Shown here in pieces: positions 58,124 to 64,000 of a DNA stretch of 64,000 nucleotides. The position numbers were made by a program, and so were the translations under genes. Every line of letters begins with the position of its first letter. Position 1 is the stretch's first letter. Origin of the DNA: Macrostomum hystrix (lineage: Eukaryota; Animalia; Platyhelminthes); NCBI GenBank assembly GCA_950097015.1, contig CATNEN010000032.1, forward strand, positions 806,001 to 870,000. Direction: 5' to 3'. A model generated the notes under the pieces. The model was given only the letters and a program-made list of their open reading frames with translations. It was not told the DNA's origin and ran no database searches.

Positions 58124-59499
58124 TTAATTACTCATAAACTTACCACTTGAAAGATGCACTTCATTAGCCGGCTTGACTTCGACAGGTGAGATACCGTCGA
58201 CACCTGTCTCAATGCACGACATTTTTACGCCGTTCGATTGCTTGGGAACCTCGATAGGACGCTCTAAGGCGCCGCTTACAGCCGTCGACGCTTTAAAAAC
58301 TGCGCGGTCGCGCTTCCTTGCTAGATATCGGCGCACCGTTCTTTCGCTCTTCTGACCGGTGATGCACATGATATCGTTCATTCCATGGCCAGTCTCGTGC
58401 AAGTCCGCGATTCGCGTCACCCGTATGCAATGATTTGTATACTCTCGAGATAGACTATACTGCTTGCTAAGCCGTTTCATCAGTGAGGTGAACCAATTGA
58501 TGCCACGTACCTGCTGAGATGAGAAACGCAGACAACCTGTCGTCTTGTCATTCGGTAGTGCTCTTGGGAACAAGCAGTCGTCCTTGCGATCCGATGGGAG
58601 CAGCGAAATGTATTTATTCACCAGGTCCAGCTGCTTCCCATACAGCCTAGCTTGCTTCGAGCTGTCGTCCATACAACGCGTAGGATCGGAACTTTGATTC
58701 TTCGTAGGCAGTATTGGAAGCGACATATAGGGTCTGCCATCAGCATCCACCTTCATCAACAGACTGTTTGCTGCCTTCAGTGCCGGCATGTGCTCTTGCC
58801 CACGCTCTCCAAAAACGTACATAATGGTGAACAATTCCCATCCTGCAACTTCTCAGCGGTACTTCCATCGAAATATGCTCGCAACTTTGTTAGATCAGCT
58901 TCCTCGATAGCCTCAAATTGCTTGGTAGCGCCTCCAGCATTGTGGAATTCCCTCACCTTCACTCTTAGCATGCGATTGGAGCTCGCAAACTCTTCTCCGC
59001 CAATGAAGTTGATAGAGCGCTTCAGAATTAGGTTAAAGTACCGGTGTATCCCAGCTCTAATGCACACAAGACTTGATGGCGAATACTTTTCACCGTCCGT
59101 CCTCTGCAGACCGAAATAATAATAGCGCAAGTACTCATTCAGCTTCCACACTTCCATCGTCACAGGCGACTCCTCGGTTGTCTCAGAGAGAAACTTCACG
59201 AAAGCCTGCCCATGCCGATTCATCTGGTCCACAGTTGACTTTGGCAGTGACTGAATTTCTACGCCATCCATTCTCGAACTCAGGTCCATGTCGTCGCCCG
59301 CCACCTCCGGAAGTTCGGGCAGTTCTTCAGTGCCATGATCGTTCTCAAGCCACTTAATGAAATCACTCAGGGCCTGGTAATCGTTATGTTCTCCATGCAT
59401 GCTTATCTCCGACAAAAGTTGCAGCTCGTCCATCTTGACACCGTTTAGCGCGTCGACCGGTAGATTTTTCCAATTGATAAGCGCCGGCATTTCGTTCAC
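58124..59499 (-). pseudogene. Mirror copy of the full-length Crypton YR (same frameshift; L to P at 58596)
   Basis: ORFs 58777-59499 and 58124-58834. Confidence 0.9.
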
Positions 59500-60409
59500 A
59501 GGAGTGGGAAGCTACAAAAACGCGTCCCTTAACATGTCAAGAGTGATGAGAAATAGACATCCATATTGCAAGTTTTCTGTCTATGGCCCAAGTAACCTCT
59601 GCAGACAACATAGCGAGCAACGTTTAGTCTATGGTCAGGAGGAAAGTCTGGATTAATGGCACTTGAAAAGTGTGGAATAATGGCCGCAAAAGTGTGGAAT
59701 AATGACTGCGCGCTGAGTGAAAGTGTACATACAATGTAAGTTGTGTGTATGCGGTTGCCGAGATAGACAATAAGAAATTGTCACGAGTGGCGAAGTTCGT
59801 GTTCGTGAGGATTGGCTGGGCAGAGGAGAAGGATGGACCATAGACAAAAAGACATTGGCTAAAGCTGACGGAAGGATGGAAGGAAGGAAGGAAGGCAAGA
59901 GTAGAAGCCCCAAGCCTGAACAGTCTGAACCGTGCGACGGTACCTGTCACGCAAGCGAGATCGCACGATGAGGGATCTGGCAACGTCTGTGAGCGACGCA
60001 CTGGTCCGGCATGTGGAGGGCGAATCGGAGCCCGCCCCACGGGTGGTGTCAAGTGCGACTAGCAACGTGAGCAACAGAGCCGTCAGCGTTACGGGCCGCA
60101 ACTACGCTGCGGTATTTGGTGACTGCAGTTTCACCAACTGCACTTTCACGATCGGACCGCCCCAGGAGCCCCACTGAGCATCTGCATCTGTATTTTGACA
60201 ATGGACAGAGGGAGTGCAGCACATGCTGCTGTCAGTTGCGTTACTGTTTCAATTGCGCTAATTGTTTCAAATCGTTTCAATTCGTTTTTGCCTAAAATAA
60301 AGTCAAAAAGGCCAATCTGTTTGGCGTGGCCTGGCGTGGCCATAGACATCCGTCTACCGTTGAACAATCATGATTATTGGTTCTGAGTGGGGAAGTTGGT
60401 CAATGCACT

Positions 60410-60480
60410 TGTATGGTATGTGGCTTAGTGGAATAATGGCCGTGATTCGGCCATTATTCCACTCAGCCGCATACCATACA
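60410..60480. repeat. Mirror copy of the 14-7-14 hairpin
   Basis: gtggaataatggccgtgattcggccattattccac. Confidence 0.9.
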
Positions 60481-61549
60481 ATCTATCATTGCGCATGGTC
60501 CATTGTGCTGGGTCAGCACACGGCGGATGGGCGCAAGCAAGGGACAAGAGAAAGAGAGAGAGAAAACTGGCACAGGCCTCGGGGGGGGTTGGGCACGCAC
60601 AACAACAGCATGGTCTTGAGCTCTCATTGGCTTTCGCGTTTGCAGCAAATGGCGTATCGCAAAGTGCGTCGGGCGGAAAGTATGCGAAGCGCAAATGCAT
60701 TGGAAAAGTACAAAAAGCGTTTGAGTCGAAATAACTTCCTTTCATTAGACGTGGCTTTCACGTGCTCTTGGAACCTAAGGAGGGGGTGGAAGGATGGATC
60801 TTCGGATACTCCGAGGATCTTAGGATTAGTGACAAAATCGATTGAATTGCCAATCGAGCAAAAAATGGCGGCGCCAGGCGGAATTTATGGGTGGTGGTGG
60901 TGAAGACAGTGGCGGTTGATTTGCCAGGTGAAATTTGCAGATATTTGCTGATGTAGCGGCACAGCGTATCAACGTAGGGTTGCAGGATAAGCAGGATGCG
61001 ATGAACAAGATAAAAGCAAGCGCAGATGGAGAGATCATCGGCGTACTTAATGAGCTTGACATCCGGAACTGGGAGATCAGCCAGGTAGAAGGCGAAAAGG
61101 AGCGGCGAAAGAACGCCCCTTTGCGGGACTCCAGCGCGAAGCAGACGAGCGATGGAGAGCTAGCTCCTGTACAAATGCGGAATTGGAATTACTTGGTGAT
61201 ACAGATATGATATCTATAGTAGAAAGTATTTACAAAACTTTTTTACAATAAAAATACCTTTCAGCAACTTTTTAATTAGAACAAATCTTGTTTTTTAGCT
61301 AGTCAGTTTATTTCAACATCAATACCCCTCAAAAGTTTGGTCTGAATTAAAGCTGGCACCAGCAATGACACTGCTGTAAGAACAAGTATGAATTTATATG
61401 AATTTCTGCAAGTTGTGCAAGTGCAGGCGCCAGCTTTTATACAGACCCCCACTTTTTAATATGAATAAATGATGCAAAGTAAAAGAAATGGACCAACCAA
61501 AATAGTAGAAAGTAAATTATTCGATTCAACTAATGTGTCAATCAGTCCC

Positions 61550-62253
61550 TTAACACTCACTTCTTAATGTGGTGCGCAATTCCTCGAAGAAAGTCACGTA
61601 CCGGATAGTCACGGCCCATAATTGGGTAATGCGCAGCACATGTGCGTCGCTTTGAGCATACTTCCGGTGTTTAGGTGGACCTCCACCGTTGGCGTTGGCG
61701 CGCTGCATAAGCAGCTTTTGATAATCGCATTCCTCCTTCAATTTGTTTATGAGTTTAAAAAGGTGTGGCTTGTTGCACTGCAGAGCACTCTGTAGCCGTC
61801 GATGCCACCCCTCGACCGAGTTATTCGTTCGGTGCATGCCATTAAGAGTGCGGTCCCGGACATTCAATGATGTCAGAAGAAACTTTGGTTGCCGCCTCTG
61901 AATCTGAACATTTTGGACAGCTAGTCGGCCGATCCATTGATCCTCGAAGTAGTCTTTGACTGTGTCCAGTGCATCAGCAAAGTCGGGAAGCAAAGTGAGT
62001 GAACTATTCAAACGCAGCCGTAGCAGTCTGCACCAGCATGAAAAGAAGGGTCCACCTGCTCCAACTGCTGCTTGAGTCCTTCGGATACAGACTTTCGATA
62101 GACACACTGGCTTAAGTGGAACAGGCAGCCAGATAGTTTAATCTCAGAAACCTGGCGAATCGCATTGATTTGCGTTCGCTCAAAGTCGCACGTCCATGAA
62201 GATGGAGTCAGATTCCAGGCCAGCTCGAGTAGAATAGAAAAAACGGCAGTCAA
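61550..62253 (-). pseudogene. Mirror copy of the MULE fragment
   Basis: ORFs 62008-62253 and 61550-62107. Confidence 0.85.
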
Positions 62254-63642
62254 TCGACTTAGCCGTCTCAGGATGTCCTGCGTGCAGTCCTCTGGCAGTC
62301 GCTTGAGCCAGATGACTCCTCGCTTAACTTATAACGGGCTTTCGGAGTATAGCCTATATCGCCAGTGCTACTGCCGCAGTGCCATAGTATCCCATACTAC
62401 TAATTAACACCGAAAAAGTCGAGACATCAGACAAGTGCTGTGGAAATCCTTCCACACTGAACGAGACGAACGCCTTTGGAGATAATTTGTGATCCTAACA
62501 TTTCCTAGTTTAATAAAGTCAGGAGCGATCTACTTCTCCAAGAGTATTCTCAGCTCAGGCCCGAAGTCTGGACTTGGAGGTGTCGCGTGTGTACTAATAT
62601 AGCCGTTTTGGACCCCTCCCCGCCAGCTAGCGGTTACTATTGGCTGCGGCTCAACAGAGCTCTCTAATTGGCTGGAATAAAGTCGCAAACAGAAATTCCT
62701 CGGGTGGGCCATTGGTGGAAAAGCCCTGGAAAAACCGGCCATTGACCATGTCACTGGCTCAATAATTGACGGCACTCCTACTTAGCTTCGCTCTCTGCGG
62801 CAAATTCCACATTCGAAAATTTCAAGTCGAAACAAAAAGCATACAAAGCAAAGTTAGTAAATTATTTGCTTAAGAAAGTGCTACTGTTCATTAGGATCTG
62901 CATAGGTGCCGTATCCGTTTGAGCAAGCGACGGCCGAAGCATACTTGTAACATTCGAACAACAAATATGACAACAACATCTTTGAAAAAGTTGCAGTCTA
63001 CTTCATAAGTTGCATCTGGGACACCTTTCGATTTCTAAAATGCAGCCAATGAAAAGTTAAGCAACTAAATATACTCGTATCTTCAGCAATTAACGGCTGG
63101 TCACAGCGAGTAGTACTCGTAGGGACAAAGTTTGGACATTGCAGTAAACATTACATTTCCTTCAGTCGGATTTTGGTTAGGGTCATCGTTTACTAGTTCG
63201 AATTTTTTGTTCTATAAATATTTTGTTATAAAATCAATAGCGGCGGGTGAGTTATGGCGGCCTCCGACGAGCCGCGCGAAACTGGGACATTCGCCTAGCA
63301 GCGTCGGCAGCAACAGGAAGCCGCGGCACCGGCGGGCTGGCTACCGCCGACTGGCCCGGCGGCGGCGACATCTGCAGACTGATGGTCGAGGGCCTGCAGA
63401 AAATAAGAAATGGAAATTCCTCTGATGAATTTTGCGACAATTGTCGTGAATGCTGTGATTTTATACGTGATATGATAAATTTCGTGATTATTGTAATTTT
63501 TTTGTACATTGTGAAAGTCGTTCGAATGAAGTGATTCTGTGATGTTTCTTCTCCTAATTCTGTGGTTCGCTAAATGAACAATGCAATATTCTATCTTAAA
63601 TCTTGGATTCTAAATCCGGAAAACACTAATCCGGATCAGCTG

Positions 63643-63805
63643 TCACCTGCTCTGGCCAGCTGTGAGATGCGGCGCAGGCGGCTTGTTGCCGCTGCTCAGC
63701 ACGACAGTCGGCTGGCTGAAGGTCTGAGCGATCTCCTGCCCGCCAGGGGGCTGCCGCCACTGACTGGACCGTCTTTGCTGCTGTTGTGGCTGCTGCTGCT
63801 GTTGT

Positions 63806-63850
<45 letters not shown>

Positions 63851-63987
63851 TGTTGTGGCTGCTGCTGCTGCTGCTGTTGCTGTTGCTGCTGTCGAGACTG
63901 AGCATGCAAAGGGCTCGATAATTCAATATCCGGGTTGTTGGTGACGTTGGAAAACTGCCGATTGACCGAATCAGCCGATTCAGACAC
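63643..63987 (-). CDS. Possible exon encoding a polyglutamine tract (interrupted CTG/CAG repeat, about 63777-63890)
   Basis: Minus-strand frame SRQQQQQQQQQQPQQQ...QRRSS. A possible splice donor (ag|gtgaca) lies near 63645. The gene cannot be identified. Confidence 0.45.
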
Positions 63988-64000
63988 GGACTGTTTAGTG

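Larger units (their letters stand above)
55922..63407 (-). repeat. Right arm of the 7.5-kb inverted duplication
   Basis: Reverse complement of 46745-54232. Confidence 0.98.

Noticed and set aside
45830-59499. YR ORFs as phage integrases or host KCTD1/ZMYM/QRICH1 genes
   Set aside because: There is no phage context and no BTB or zf-FCS domain; the ORFs are short, intronless, disrupted and multi-copy amid TEs.
46745-63407. The two arms as giant TIRs of a Polinton/Maverick or Foldback element
   Set aside because: The arms are mosaics of unrelated decayed TEs, the inner boundary cuts through a mariner ORF, and there is no polymerase, integrase or TSD.
63574-63921. Plus-strand poly-Leu ORF as a signal peptide or membrane protein
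   Set aside because: It is the antisense reading of the CAG repeat.

Overview
This is eukaryotic DNA, very probably from an invertebrate animal (GT-AG introns, a CTG/polyQ tract, metazoan-type transposon superfamilies); the species cannot be determined from the window. It consists almost entirely of nested, mostly disabled transposable elements. Left to right: a CACTA/EnSpm-like transposase with a 66-bp coding minisatellite; a P-element transposase interrupted by stacked PIF/Harbinger elements (four Harbinger transposases and their Myb/SANT partners across the window); a ~16.7-kb Helentron/Helitron2-type element with both ends readable, carrying an OTU protease and an internally deleted PIF1 helicase, and itself carrying a Gypsy element with apparently identical LTRs; an Ngaro tyrosine-recombinase retrotransposon with complete split direct repeats; two IS630/Tc1-like elements; a cluster of Crypton-type tyrosine recombinase (YR) genes surrounded by long hairpins and a lox-like 14-7-14 palindrome; a MULE fragment; and a mariner. 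Positions 46745-54232 recur as a near-perfect 7.5-kb inverted copy at 55922-63407. No clear intact host gene is present; the candidates are a polyQ exon at the right edge and two unassigned spliced ORF clusters. The most notable unexplained signals are (i) the inverted repeats, half-sites and hairpins around the Crypton YRs, (ii) the 8-mer CCATAGAC found about 90-170 bp upstream of ORFs from unrelated transposon superfamilies, (iii) the giant inverted duplication with microhomology junctions, one of which falls on a CCATAGAC site, and (iv) a strong minus-strand bias of insertions in the first 46 kb. Family assignments come from motif recognition by eye; no database search was run. Many single-base frameshifts could be long-read assembly errors.
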